Source: Phoronis australis
Taxonomy: Eukaryota > Animalia > Phoronida
NCBI GenBank assembly: GCA_002633005.1
Contig: NMRA01000192.1
Span: 657,140-721,139 of the forward strand
Direction of reading: 5' to 3'
Length of the DNA: 64,000 nt
Shown: one piece after another, positions 13,353 to 26,600 of the stretch
Layout: each line of letters opens with the position of its first letter
Position numbering within the stretch: the stretch's first letter is position 1
The notes under the pieces: generated by a model
Databases searched by the model: none
Told to the model about the DNA's origin: nothing
What the model saw: the letters and a program-made list of their open reading frames with translations, nothing else
Made by a program: the position numbers and the translations under genes

Positions 13353-13507
13353 CTGTTGCGGATTTAGAGGTGGGTCAAGGGGGCATGCCCCCCTAAAATT
13401 CTCCCAGATTACATTTGGCAGTTCGAGGGTGCGAATGTCTAACGAGTATAATCCTAGCTAATACTCTGCCCTGACCCCCCCAGCTCAAAATCCTGGATCC
13501 GCCCCTG
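13353..13507. mobile_element. hAT-like MITE family A, copy 1
   Basis: Ends ctgttgcggattta...tggatccgcccctg; the body matches 50304-50462 in the opposite orientation. Confidence 0.7.
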
Positions 13508-16500
13508 CAACTTACCCTACTTGTTGAGAGTTCATAACTAGGACTAGAAGTTGTCGCTCTGTGAATGACAATTGATGGACAGTTGATAATACTCAGCTCA
13601 TGCCCGCAATTACTTTATTCCCGCCTTACCCCACCCCCCCCCCATAAATCCGACTGTGATGAACGTGGTGTTGTGGCTCAGTATGTGCCACATGGGCAGG
13701 GTTATTCATGGATGAACAATCCTGTTCATTTTTGACAAGAGCAGTGTTCAAATGCAGAAGCTGAACTATTGTTACTGAGCGTCGTAGCGTTTTAGTTCGC
13801 GTTATTTCCAAACTTGCAATGCTTCGAAATTCAGTTTTATACTCATTGCATGGTAAAGAATTGTCATCAGAGTGTACATGTATGGCTCAGTTGTATACGT
13901 ATGAGCTATTCTTTGGCTGGTTACGTTTAATCCAAGGGATATCACAACATTCACTGTACGCAGTATGTCGTAAACTTTTTTAATCTCATTTGGTAGACAT
14001 GTTTTGTAGTTCGTCTCGGTTGATATGAATGACTTCACGACTCTAGTAGGAATTTGAAAACGTAAGATTTTCTTTACGCAGATATAGTTTCTGTCCACAC
14101 TTGTGCAATTTGACAAACTCGTTTACTTTTAAAATGGCCTAGAGTGGATTTTTTTTCAAAATGCCGTATTCACCGTATTGGAGTCGAAAGGCAAAAATAC
14201 TACTTTTTGTACTCAATGTTCACTGCACGTTTGTGGACATACGGAAAACTAGCGTCACGGTCGTACGGCAGCGCTTCATACGCCGGGAATTCCCAATAAA
14301 GTGCTGTTTTTTTTAACAGGCAGTTCACAAAATGATGCATATGCGTGGCCACAAACTGTAGAAATAGTGAGCAAGCAAAGGAATGGTTGAGATAACAATG
14401 ATCACAGCTGCAAACTTCGTTGATACACGTTTATTCACTGAGAAAATGGAACAAATGGATATAGATATTTATCAATGTACCATAAGCCCCCTGTATATGA
14501 TAACTTTTACACTACATCCGCCGAGTGTATTTTTACGTTCGGTAAATGTATGTACATGTATAGTGTCATGTTAACGCAAACACGTTGGATTGTAAAGGTA
14601 CAATTAGATGTATATTTACACCACCTTCGGAATTCGTGTAAATATAAATTTAGACATGTGCGGATATACACCAGGCTTATGTGAGGAGAATTTAAATTTG
14701 CCCATGGTTGTTAATCCATCATCGCTCAGCAAAAAGTATCCTTATAACATTATTTCCGTGATGTCATTTCTCAGATGGCAACACCATTTCTCTTTTTAAG
14801 GCCACAAAGTACTCTCTGCTGCCACGCGTGCATTGGAAGTTTCTATTTAAAAGCTGCCTGGTGTTGGGAGAAACTTCCACCGCGCGTGTGCTACGGTTTT
14901 GATGAATATGCCCCAACCCGAAGAGGTGAAATAAGCATATTTGTTTTTCCAGGCAAAACCAGCGCTTTGATTTGCAGTGCAAAAGATATTTGTTCTTTTT
15001 GAGCGCTGAGCCAGCGTGCCGTGGGCAAAACCAAGTGATCTTCAGTTTGTGTACATCAGTAACTATGTAATCAGTATCGGTAATTTCACTCCAAATAAAG
15101 AATAATCGAATACCGGAATCCATTTTGTTTAAATAAAAAACGCAGACAATATTTCAGACACTATCATTGATGTGTAACTTCCATCAACAACGACGAAATT
15201 GGAAAATGATCGCCTTGTACAAATTCCATGCCGTGTCGTATCAAATAATCCTCCGCAACTGGGCTAATTTCGCGAATGTATTTTGTGAGCAGGAAAATCG
15301 TTGCTTTCTGAAAACTAGTTTACCTGCAGTGTAGTTATCAAGTCTTGTACACATTTATTCCCTCCTAGTGATCTAGGTCCCACGGCTTTCTGACAGACAG
15401 ATTGTCTAGTTAGTTTGTAACATAATCGCGAAATTTGTGACAAAATGACTAGTTGATCTGGCTGAGAAGGACATCTGTCACCTGAATATACCATTCGTAG
15501 TTTGCGAAATTGCGATTTACTATGTTATGCCACAAATCTGTCGATTTTCATGCTTTTCGTTTCTGGTAACAATGTTGCACGTGATCAGCCAATAACGATG
15601 AGAGACGTGGAGAGGAACATCAATGAACTCAAAACAGCAGCACTTCGTTGGCGTTGGAAGGATGGATAGAGTAATGCAACCGAGAAAAAGAATCGGACAA
15701 CAAGTAACATGTAACCCCAGTGGCATAAAAACGAGGCAGCAAATGTGAATTTAGGATGTTTACGGCCTTGTGGGTAAATACAGCGAAATTCGAGTCTCTC
15801 TCTGTAATCCGGGAGGGAACTTATGGCAGTGTTCACTCAGAATCGATAAGATGTGAGATTTGAAACTGTGGGGCTTTACGAAAATCTTTCCTAGGAACGC
15901 TGTTATCAAAAATCGTCAACATACAAACTGTTGGTGTTATTGCAAGTCTAGAGTGGTGTGAAGGCAGTTACTAATTCATGAAAGTTGACTTATATCGCAA
16001 ATTCCACTTCGCAATTACTGAATAAAGCTTATACTATGAAATTATGGTACATCACTCTGTAACAACTTTTATTGTCACCCGGGCAATGATATTGTGTCGA
16101 ATGCGACAAGATTTGTTGCCATAGTGTGCGTCTACATGGCTACATTCATGCAAGTAAATTTCAATAGCGGCTTCAGTTACCACTCATTTGTTTGGTATTA
16201 TTCTGACAAGTGAAGCTGAGCTTAAAAGGTTTTGTGCGATCAACTTTGAATATTATTGGTAATGCGCATGCGTAACGGAAGATGGAAGTTTTGTGATTAC
16301 GGTACACCCTGATTTTAGTGTCTACCACTGAACCATGTGTTATGTAGGTTCTAGGTATTGCGTCCTAACCTTTATATTTTATCCTGACGTGGTCAACTTG
16401 TTCAACATAATTAGTCAATGGTCTTCAATCAGTGAATTAATGAATTTAATTAATATTTAAAAGCTAGCGTGATCATTTTCTTTGCATGTTATGTATGGCG

Positions 16501-18077
16501 ATATTGCGCGAACAAATTTGATCTACGGAATACATCCCACGTACGTGTGTGTATGTGTGTGTATGTATGTGTGTTTGCAAAGCCCCATGGGAGACTTCAC
16601 CACTCATTATGTTCTAAATGTCTCCTCTTACGATGCAGTTTTAATTTCTCTAGGATTTTTTTTTATATTTTGTAGTGGTCTTAACCTACTACATGTGTTA
16701 AATGCGTGGGGTTCACTGAAATAGTTATACCGCCACAGCCGCCTAAGCTGAGCCACCTCAGACAAGATGTGAACTGTTTTTGGTATACTGACAACCCAAC
16801 TTAAACCAAATTAATTATTGAATTCCGTTTGTAAATTAATTAATTTCGACGTCAGTTTTATGTTAAACGGCATAAATTATATTTCCCAGCTTCACAAAGA
16901 CGCATCAGTCAATTTCAAGATCAGGGTTACCTCGCTGCATTTAACAGGACGGCAATAAAGCCGTGACGTATTACACAGCAATAGAACTCTCCATTGTTCC
17001 AGAGGTAAGAAAGTCCTTGCGTCGCTTTGAGATGTCAGACACAATATCAAACGTCATTTCTGAAACAGTGGAGGTGTATGTGGCCGTGGAATTATTCCCG
17101 ATTTGAACCGTTCAAAAGTATTGGAATTGTAAAGATACCTCCAAGAAAGGGGATTCTTATTGGTTCAAACTTGTTTTACCCACTTCCTCCGCTTGTTCTT
17201 GTCTTTGACTGATGTCGAGTTGAAGAACTTAACATTCCGCATCCACGGATGTTAAGTTTACTCGCCTTTCTCTCGTCGCAGTTGCAGCACACAGCACAAC
17301 AGTTATGCGTCGTTGGCATTAGTAGGCTAAAAGAGCAATGCGGCCGAGAAAAAATGTAAAGCACACCACAACAACAAAGAAAATGTCGAACGCCAACGGC
17401 GCAAAAAACTTTAAGTTACAAAAAGTGCTTTACAAATATTGTGGCATTGTGGATAAATACAGCGAGATTTGAGTATCACTGTGTGATTCGGGTCGGTCCT
17501 ATTATATTTATTATTTTGTTTGTATTGTAAAGCAAGTTTAGTTGGCCTGAATAATCTACCAAGGTCAACGTTTTTCAAATTATATAGAAAACAATAGCCA
17601 ATGGGTTTATCTATTAATTATTTTTATTGAATAACAACTGCTTTTCAGCAAACTGTGTCCAATTTGACTTGTGTGGAGCACTGGTAGAATTTGCAAATTT
17701 TTGTGTAGCTTTTGAAAATTTGTGCCTCAGAAAGCTGCTTCAAAGGAATTGTGAAATGAGTTTTTGTTTCCTTAAAATTATTTTGATGTCCTATGCATTA
17801 GACTACTCTCAACAATGTTTAGATTTCACTAGAGAGCACGTAATATTCATCGATCTTGGGTGAAGCATGTAGAATCGGAGAGGAATCACACTTGGATGTC
17901 CATTGTCGTATTTAGACTAGACTGAGCCTATACTTATTTTGCAGACACATCTTAGTGTTCCGGCTGGCATTGATTTTCCATTCTGCCTCCGGTTTGTGCA
18001 AGCGACTCAAGGAGTGTGTTTTGTTCATAGGCGTCTTTTCTTAATTTTTGTAGCTTTTTCACCTAAAACATCGTTCA

Positions 18078-18470
18078 AGTGAAATTATATTCGGTAGGTT
18101 TTTATCTAAAACACAAAGGAATTTCGATTCAGTAGATGTTTTATGTAAAGCTTCGTTTTAGTGAAATTAGATCTGGTAGGTGGTTTAATCTAAAAGTCCA
18201 TGCGAGTGGATTTAGATTTGGTAGTTCATTTTATTTAAAACCTCTTCGAGGGAACTAAGATTTGGTAGGAATTTTTATCTAAAAGATTCATGCGAGTGAG
18301 GTTAGATTTGGTTGGTGTTTTTCTCCAAAACGCCTTCGAGTGAATTTAGACTTGTAGGTGTTTTTATCTAAAACCTCATGCGATAGAGCTAAGATGTGGA
18401 AGTCTCGGTGCTAGTAAACCTAGATTTGGTAGGAGTTTTTATCCAAGACCGCATGCGATTGGGCTTAGGT
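18078..18470 (+). repeat. Degenerate ~43-bp minisatellite (~9-10 units)
   Basis: Recurring gagtgaNNttagatttggtaggNNtttttatctaaaaNN units. Confidence 0.75.
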
Positions 18471-20534
18471 GTTCTAGTTATGCTCCAAGACATTTTCTTT
18501 CCGACATAACTGTATATAGCTTGTTAGCACAAAAAGGAATGATTTCATGATATTTATTTTGAAATCTTTATCAAGTGACAATATATAAACTCACGTTTAG
18601 TTGTTTAAAAGTAATCACATGCAAACGCCATCAAGATTTGAAGTTTGTACACATCATTCGAGGCCTCTCCAAAATACTGTTCACTCATACAGCAGAGAAA
18701 TGATTACGACATATCCGGATGAGAAGATCAGCCTGTGTTCATACGGGCGTGTTCCTTCAGTCTTGATTTGTAGGCAGAATAACTGTGTACCATGTCAGCC
18801 TTCATAAGCCTGCGAAGTGCGAGACTACGTGTATTATCCCCAGCTACTTCGTCGGCGTCCAACTGACAGTCACGTTTTGTTTGAGATTATCACGCGAGAG
18901 CACAAATATGGTTCGTGAGACCCAACATAAAAGCGAATTTCAGGGGCATTTGACAAACACATAAAAAGCGATTAAACATTTGATTACAACAAACACACTG
19001 TTCATATGACATAAAATAGTATGAACACACATAGGTATCATTCATTGAAATATGAAGATTGTGTCTCCCCCAACAAAAATACACGATGGAGCTTTGCAAA
19101 ACGGTCTCCAATTCTACAATCAGGCTTCGTTTGATAAAAAAACAGAAGCTCAGAATGAGATCAACTCGTGTTCAGCCTTCATAAAGGAAGTGCGTTGTAT
19201 CTTACGCAACTTCTGTCGTATCCAGCCCTGTCCGCACGAGTGAGTCTGTCGAAGGAAATAGATAATGCAAAGGTCCATCGCGTAACCAATGCTTTGGTAG
19301 TTCAGTTGGCAAAAACCTTGAATCATTATTTAACTAGTGGTACTGTAAAACATGCACTCGCACACGTGCACACAAAACACACCCTAATTTTGTTCTCATC
19401 TCCCTTTTGAACTAAGGAATACACTGGACCTCCGCAAAGTAAACTACACGCACAACGTGCTCAGAAAAAAATATTTTTGTACCTGTCGTTTATACTGTAC
19501 TTTTTTCGCAATACATAATCGTTAACCTTCATACATGAAGCGCGAGACGCCAGCTACTTCACTTTCTCCAGCTAACAACCACTTTTTGCACGGAGTACGA
19601 CTATAGATTTACTGCAGAGGTTCAACAAAAACTCAGCTACAGATAGATCTGATATCTTAGCAATTATTTTTTGGATACAACTGTAAATTGCGTTAACATG
19701 AAAAAGTTTGTCTAAATAACCTAATTGGAAACTGTCTCGAAAATTCTTCTCCACGTATCTTTTCAGTCTTAAAAAACAAATAGTGTCTATATGAGTTACA
19801 TGTAACAAAGTACTATCCAAAATTTGTTCTTGTTTTGTCTATTATCGTTGGAGCTTTGTTTAACAACATGCTTTTAGGGCTTGTTGAAGTGAACACGTGA
19901 AGGACTCCTTTTTCTTTAGGAGGTCTTTCAGTTTTTGTATAATGAATTCATCGTACAGAAATTCCAATAATCAGATGAATATCACACGTCACGTGCAATT
20001 AACTATGGTTAATATAATATCGAGTACCAAATCATTTTTTCACAGAGTCTGAGTGAGAACTTGGGATCGAACCAAGTGAGGGAAACATTATATTAATTAC
20101 TCCAAACTCGACCTCGGCGCCCAGATTTCTGGAGGTCAACTCAAAATAACGCCGGTCACTCCCAGAACCTGGCATCTCGCACACACACTTGCGTGATTTG
20201 GCGATGCTCAACAGAACTCAGAGATGCTAGTTAAATGTTGTTTAACAGTCCCATTGTCGAGTTCTTGCTCAAACTCCAGGTTTGGTTTGCTTTGACTGTG
20301 TCAATATTTTACACTGTTCAAATTCACAGAAAAGATGTTTTGAAACAAACTTGAAATAACTTCCAAGAGGGTAGGGTGTTTTTGAAAAGCGACAATTGAA
20401 TTTGTCATGAACGAAAGAGTAACATATCACTCGCACACACGCGCGCGCGTGCACGCACACAAACACACACACACAAAAATTGATATGTTGGAAAGTATAT
20501 TCCAGTTCAAGCTGTGCTTTCCCAGGCCTTATTC

Positions 20535-20682
20535 CTAGCCACTTGACTGCTGGTTAACATTAGGTGCCGGTGAAACGCGGTTGCTTCTCGCTGAGTCAGG
20601 ACGCTGTTCGTGGGAATGAAAGTTTGTACTTTCCTGACCTCCTGGGGTTCTCTCTATTGCCACCTTACCGCTATGTTTAGCC
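20535..20682 (-). CDS. Mucin exon 27, cytoplasmic tail and stop ([15 protein letters not shown]...[15 protein letters not shown])
   Basis: ctatcttcag acceptor; phase 2 completes the Lys codon after the TM; TAG at 20537-20535. Confidence 0.7.
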
Positions 20683-23600
20683 CTGAAGATAGAAACAATT
20701 AGCCACATTCGAAACAAGCATAAGATACCAATGTCGACGACGAACATGTGACAGTGGGCGAATGATTCCACTGCTAAAAGCCTGTTAATAGTCGGAAAGT
20801 ATCCAAAAAATGGTTACTGATGTTTCATTCACATCTACCAAGAAACGATCTCGTCATTAACGTTGTGTTGGGCGATACTTGAAAGTCTAGGCAAAGTTCA
20901 AACAGCGTGCAAAAGTGGAGCGTTCTTAAAACAATTTCTAACAGAGCATTGAAGAACAACGCATAAAGCAACGCGCCTGAGAGTTTCATATGGTTCCAAC
21001 CTATCAGTCATATTTTGAGATATAATGTTCCGATGCTTCTGGTCTCCTAGATAACATTTAACGGTACTTGATAATTAAAACCCAAATTTGCAGCTTCTAC
21101 TTCAATGTACCAATAGAAAATGAAGATGAGTTGTTAAGACAAGTGGTATGTATGATTGAAAAGGAAAATCACTGAACTCTACCACGCATATTAGACTAAA
21201 GTATACAATTACATAAAAATAGGAAAATAGTGAAATCAATGCAGAATTCTGATTTCCGAATTTTTTCGCAAGTGTAATTAGACACTGAAACACGGACAAA
21301 TAAGCTTTTAAACTCTGCACTTGTCAGTTTATGACGTAAGACGAGAAAAATAGCAACAAATGTCCAAATATATCAAGCGTTCTGTAGAAAACGACGTCTA
21401 ACTTATACTCCATAGCCTTTACTGATAGTCTTTACAATTAGCCTCAGTTGAATCTTGCATCAGGTGTCATTTTATGACTCAACCTCATGTTACAGCCAAG
21501 TCGCCTAAGTTCTGCGATCGTGTGTGTGTGCAGGGGGTGAACAAACTTACTTCATAACGCAATACACAACGACGATGATGATGACAATGAAGACTATGAT
21601 ACCAGCTACCAGACCAATAACCCAAAGGTTGCTTGTCTCAGGGCTCTTTGTGGGTATTTGCAACGTTGTTGCAGTTGTTCCTGCCGCAGCCTGTGTGGTA
21701 GTGGGTAAGACAACCGGTGCCTCTGTGACATTCAGAATTTCGCCACCTGCCGAAGATAACGTACAAAATGCTCACTTATTGTCTCTATCGTCTCGGCTGC
21801 TGCGTGGCTCTAAATCTGAGCAGAGAGGATCAATTTGGGGACATAACTTAGGATCACATGACTCGTGTCTACAACTGTACAAAATCTAATGGAATATGTC
21901 AACGTTTGTGATGTCGTCCCACATACTGGGCTGAGTATGTAAGTAGGCTGAAAAACAAAAGATACAGTTTGCCAAAATACCGGGCTGCAATCCATGAAAA
22001 GTTTCTTCCGAGTTTTTCACGATCATGAAACTCTTCGTGGTGAGATATCACAATAGTGAGGCAAATCATCTCACTAACTTTTACTTTCGAAAGTCTTGTG
22101 CTAAAGTCGAATTTGATTGGGTTGAGGGCAGAAAACTGCCTTTTGATATTGCTACTCAGCAAACTCCGTTTTGTCTTTGTGAATTCGTTACAGATCGACA
22201 ATTCCGTCTGTCAGAAATTCTCTTAAATCAAGGCTGGTCACTTTACTAAATGGTCTGAATGTGAACGGTGATCTCAGGAAATCACGACAATATCACTTTA
22301 AGGAACGTGATTTTGCCTGAGTGTCGCAATATTTTTGTCAGAAGCGTCTGCCAGTTCTGGAATTTATAGAACATCTACAATGTTTGATTGTTTCCAAGTG
22401 TTTGTATTGCACAGTAGTCCTATTTGGCTCTTTAGCAAATTTTGCACTTGAAATAAAGATGCATGTATTCATATGCTTGATTGGCAAAGACTGTTTTGGT
22501 CGTGTCGAGAAATAAAGACGGAGGACACAAAATCTTTCCTTTGGGACTTCTCGTCAGTAACTATGACGGACGTGGCGTAACTGCGTTTGTTGGAAGTATT
22601 CATGTCTGCATCTTCTAGAAAGACTTTAATTGATTCGGGCTCCTTCAACGCCGTGTTTTGCTTACTTATAGCGACTAAAAACCAAAGTTCCGTCAGCTCT
22701 GTGCTTCGACCGCATACATGCACGCTTTAAGTTTGGTCTCGGTCTGTTTTTACTGATCGGGTGAGAAGAGATTTTGAGAACTGGCCATACCTTAATTACT
22801 ATTTTGAGAACTGGCCATACCTTAATTACTATTTTGAGAACTGGCCATACCTTAATTACTATTTTGAGAACTGGCCATACCTTAATTACTGCATGAGATG
22901 ATGCACTACGAATAATCTGACACATCGTGACACGTCAGTTTGCAGAGCCTTGTTTAATGCAATAACGAATGGCGTGTTCTTTTCAAAACTAGTGCCCAGA
23001 CTCGCGTGTCCAAACTTAGGCTCGACACATTCAGATTCAGGCTTGAAATTTAACCATTCACATCACGTGATTCGAGTACAAACAAGTCCTAGGATCTCTT
23101 GAAGATTGCATTCCACTGGTCAATTTTCAAGTCTCTGGTACAGAGAGTAGATCACGATCAGGCGCAAAAAATCGTGTGTTTCATCTAAGGAACTATTTAA
23201 GAAATTTCATAATGGTAAGTACTCTAATTAAAAAAACTGTGACTGCAAAGGCGGATTTTTAACCCCTTTAAAGGGGCTGCTGCGTTCATTAAAAGTAGCC
23301 TCAAGGGGCACCAGTCACAAACTGTTGGCGTACCTACCTAACACTGACGCCAGAGTGGCGTTATTAGTTGTGATCACAACTTGAAGTACTGGGCCCGAAA
23401 GCACGGCGCCACCTGATGGCAATCTGATGAAGAAAGCCAAGTCGATGGTGCCGTCACCCTTATCGGTCGGAGAGTCGGGTGGACTGAGAACGTTCAGTGC
23501 TGTGAAACCATACGAAACAACTTCACGTCTAAAAATAAATAGTAAATAATTATCACCTAAAGGTGCGTATTAGGATAAAGTTGTCACACGTTAATATTGA

Positions 23601-26600
23601 TTCCACACCCGTGAAAAATTCTTCCAGGGAATTTCTATTTCTTAACAATCACATGCACAATGCAATATGAGTGCAAGAGAGGGCCACAGCCCCTCTGATG
23701 TCAACCTGTCGTCATGAGATACCTCCTCTGACAAAACACGCTAGCGGCAATTGTTGAACCAAGGACACTCAATATTTCAAGAGTCACGCATGAAACAGCA
23801 TGGTGCAAAGCCGAAAAGGAAAGTCGGCGCGCAAGGAGACGCGTTAGGCTTTATCTTCGCCACCTTTGGCAGGGACTGAAGAGCCATACAAGACCGAATA
23901 GTGATTATACAAAGAGACCAACATCATAGTGTCTGGAAGCTGACGGGTGGCTACCAGATATATCAGTCATACTTACTTGGTTATTTTAGCATTTGAGCAA
24001 GATTCCTGGGAGCAGTACTTTGTCGCCAGTCCTGCTAGGGAAACTCTCGTATCATCCTGAACTTGGAGAGTGTACTACAACAATTGAGAAATCGGAGGAA
24101 ATTATCACAGTTTGTTCAGTGGAATCAGGATGTAGTTTGTTGATAATCGGGAAAGATAATGTTAGTTCATCGGGTCATTTTCTAATTTAAAAAAAATCGC
24201 AGATAAGGCCTGTAGCTTGGCAGCATTACGCTGGAGTGGCACCTGGCCCCAATAGTTTCTATTTTACTACATGCCTCATTGTGCACTAAACGGTCCCTGA
24301 TGAGTACTACCAAGGAAATTACGCAATTAAATTCTGTTTCAAGGCAAGTTAACGATATTCAAAGGTGAACAAAATGAGGACCAAATAAAATAGACGAGGT
24401 TTCTGGTACATGTATATTGAAACAAGACAGCTAGGAGTTCCGAAAGAGGTGTAGTTGTTCTACTACAATATGCCAGGAGCCTCCTTTGTTTAGTTTTATT
24501 CCATCATACGCTGAAATTGGCAACGTTGCGTTTTCTTTTTCTCCGTCAATGAGAACCATTTATAAAAAACTCTATACACAAAACTTGATTGATACATATA
24601 TTCCTTTTTGTAATGATTACAACGTACACGATGCACTCGGCAAGGTTGGGAACACATGGTCATGTTTTTTCTGAATTATACAAGACGACAGAATTACACG
24701 AGTGGATGGCCAGAAAGACATACATTGAGTCCGTTAACAGCTGACTACTGAAAAGTAGACATGCTCCGTGTGTGAATCTGTATTTCATTTTTCTGGGTGT
24801 TGGTTTCTATATTATTATTATTTAGTTTATAATAATTTAGCCCACGGTGTCTCTTGGCGTTTTGCTTCACAGCTGCACGCCCAAATAGGAAATTGTATAG
24901 AGAATACGAACGAGTATACATCAGGCTGTCTAGCAAAATAGAGTTGTGTCAATGTAGAGTTGGCCGGTACCAAAGTATAATAATTTTTAAATGTATACAA
25001 ATGACCTAGACTATAATATAACCTAATTCGTTAAATCACAAATAATATCCCACTTACATTTTTGATTGGAATTTTCACATTCAAAACCACTGTGTTCTGC
25101 ATTTCCGACACTGTTACAGATTCAGTCAGCTTAACTGGTGGTTTCTCAGATTTCGGAATAACTGAAATAGCAAAAGGGTAGGTTATAGTCATGGCTATCG
25201 CCAAAGTACGTCATCTGGTAGTTGTCAAGCGAGAGTATACACTGCTTTCAAAAAGTCTCATTCATTTCGCAAGTTCTGGTAGATCATTGTGAAACCCATA
25301 CCAACATATCTTCGCTTTCACTGCTACACTGAAACGTTATTAGGTATATAAGTTTTTTTCTGCATTGATACTTACATTTGCACTCGCCATCTACTAGTTC
25401 TAAGCCAATCTTACATGGACACGTGAAGGACCCAGGTTGGTTAGAGCAGTCCTGGGTATCATTGCACGTATCGGTACCTTCTATGCATTCGTTAATGTCT
25501 ACAAAACATAAATCACATCAGTGTAGATAATTACTCTGTGCCAGTTTCCAGAAGACAGAAAACAATACTTTCTGCTTTAGCGGACCCCACAAATGTTTCT
25601 AAAGCCAGATCGTTAGTTGTTGAATACATAGTTTCTAATTCCGGAAAAATGTCACAATACAGGTTTTTGGAGGAAAACAAAGAAGTTTTAGCAAATATGT
25701 TTAAGTTTAATTTTAAATTTCTCATACTGTGGCACTATAAAGAAAATGGCCGCTACATTGAATTTTACTGAACTGCACAATTTATCAGCTCATACTTAAT
25801 TGAAAGTAAAAACGCCTGCAATCTTGTAATTCATATGTATTCCTGTTTAAGTCACGTGTCTCGACTGACTTGTGAAACTTATTCTGTGCTCTAAATTTAT
25901 GTAAACAAAAGATAAAGAATTTAAACTCAATGAAAGTTCTTCATCTTGGAAAACAGTCACTCTGAGCTGCTTCACTGCGGCTGGTCTAGATATTCTACGT
26001 GTACGGGTATCTATTAGACCTACCCTCACAAGTATAACCGTCCGCCATTAACGTGTAGCCATTCTTGCAAGAACATGTGTAACTCCCGTCAGTGTTCGTA
26101 CAATTCTGGCTGCACCGATGTTTGCCAGTGCTGCACTCATTCTCGTCTGTAAACACATAAAAGATACTGAGACGTTCATAGTTAATAACCGACTTGCTAC
26201 CGTTTGGGGTCCGTTTGTTCAATCAAAACACTGTACCTACACCTAAAAATATTAGAAATAACATATGTTGAGATCGGATCAGATTATACAGCCTAAGTTA
26301 GTAAAAAAATACAATAAAATCAGGCACATGCATTGTATATCTGCTTACATGTAAAAAGCATGCTTATACATTCTTCTCACGTTTATTGACTGCAAAATGC
26401 ACAACTAATGCCATTGGACATAGGTTCAAAAAAGTCAAGAGATGAACGCTCTCTACACATAGGGATGTTCTGAAATGTGAGCTCTTTCTGCCATTCATAC
26501 ATGTACATTGTACCTGCGGCCATTCACACATATTTATTCACCAGACAGGTGAAATTGGTTTTTAGCACTTTTAAGGACAGTTATCAGCTTTGCTTTTTAC

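Noticed and set aside
14801-14930. KLPGVGRN helix-hairpin-helix-like motif after an acceptor-like site
   Set aside because: There is an in-frame stop just upstream and no other supporting motif or exon; likely chance.
21524-21889. + strand 121-aa hydrophobic ORF (also 30369-30818 and 37865-38443)
   Set aside because: Each is antisense to a well-supported mucin exon.
22662-22925. ORF with repeated [10 protein letters not shown]
   Set aside because: It is the translation of an intronic 30-bp tandem repeat with no splice support.
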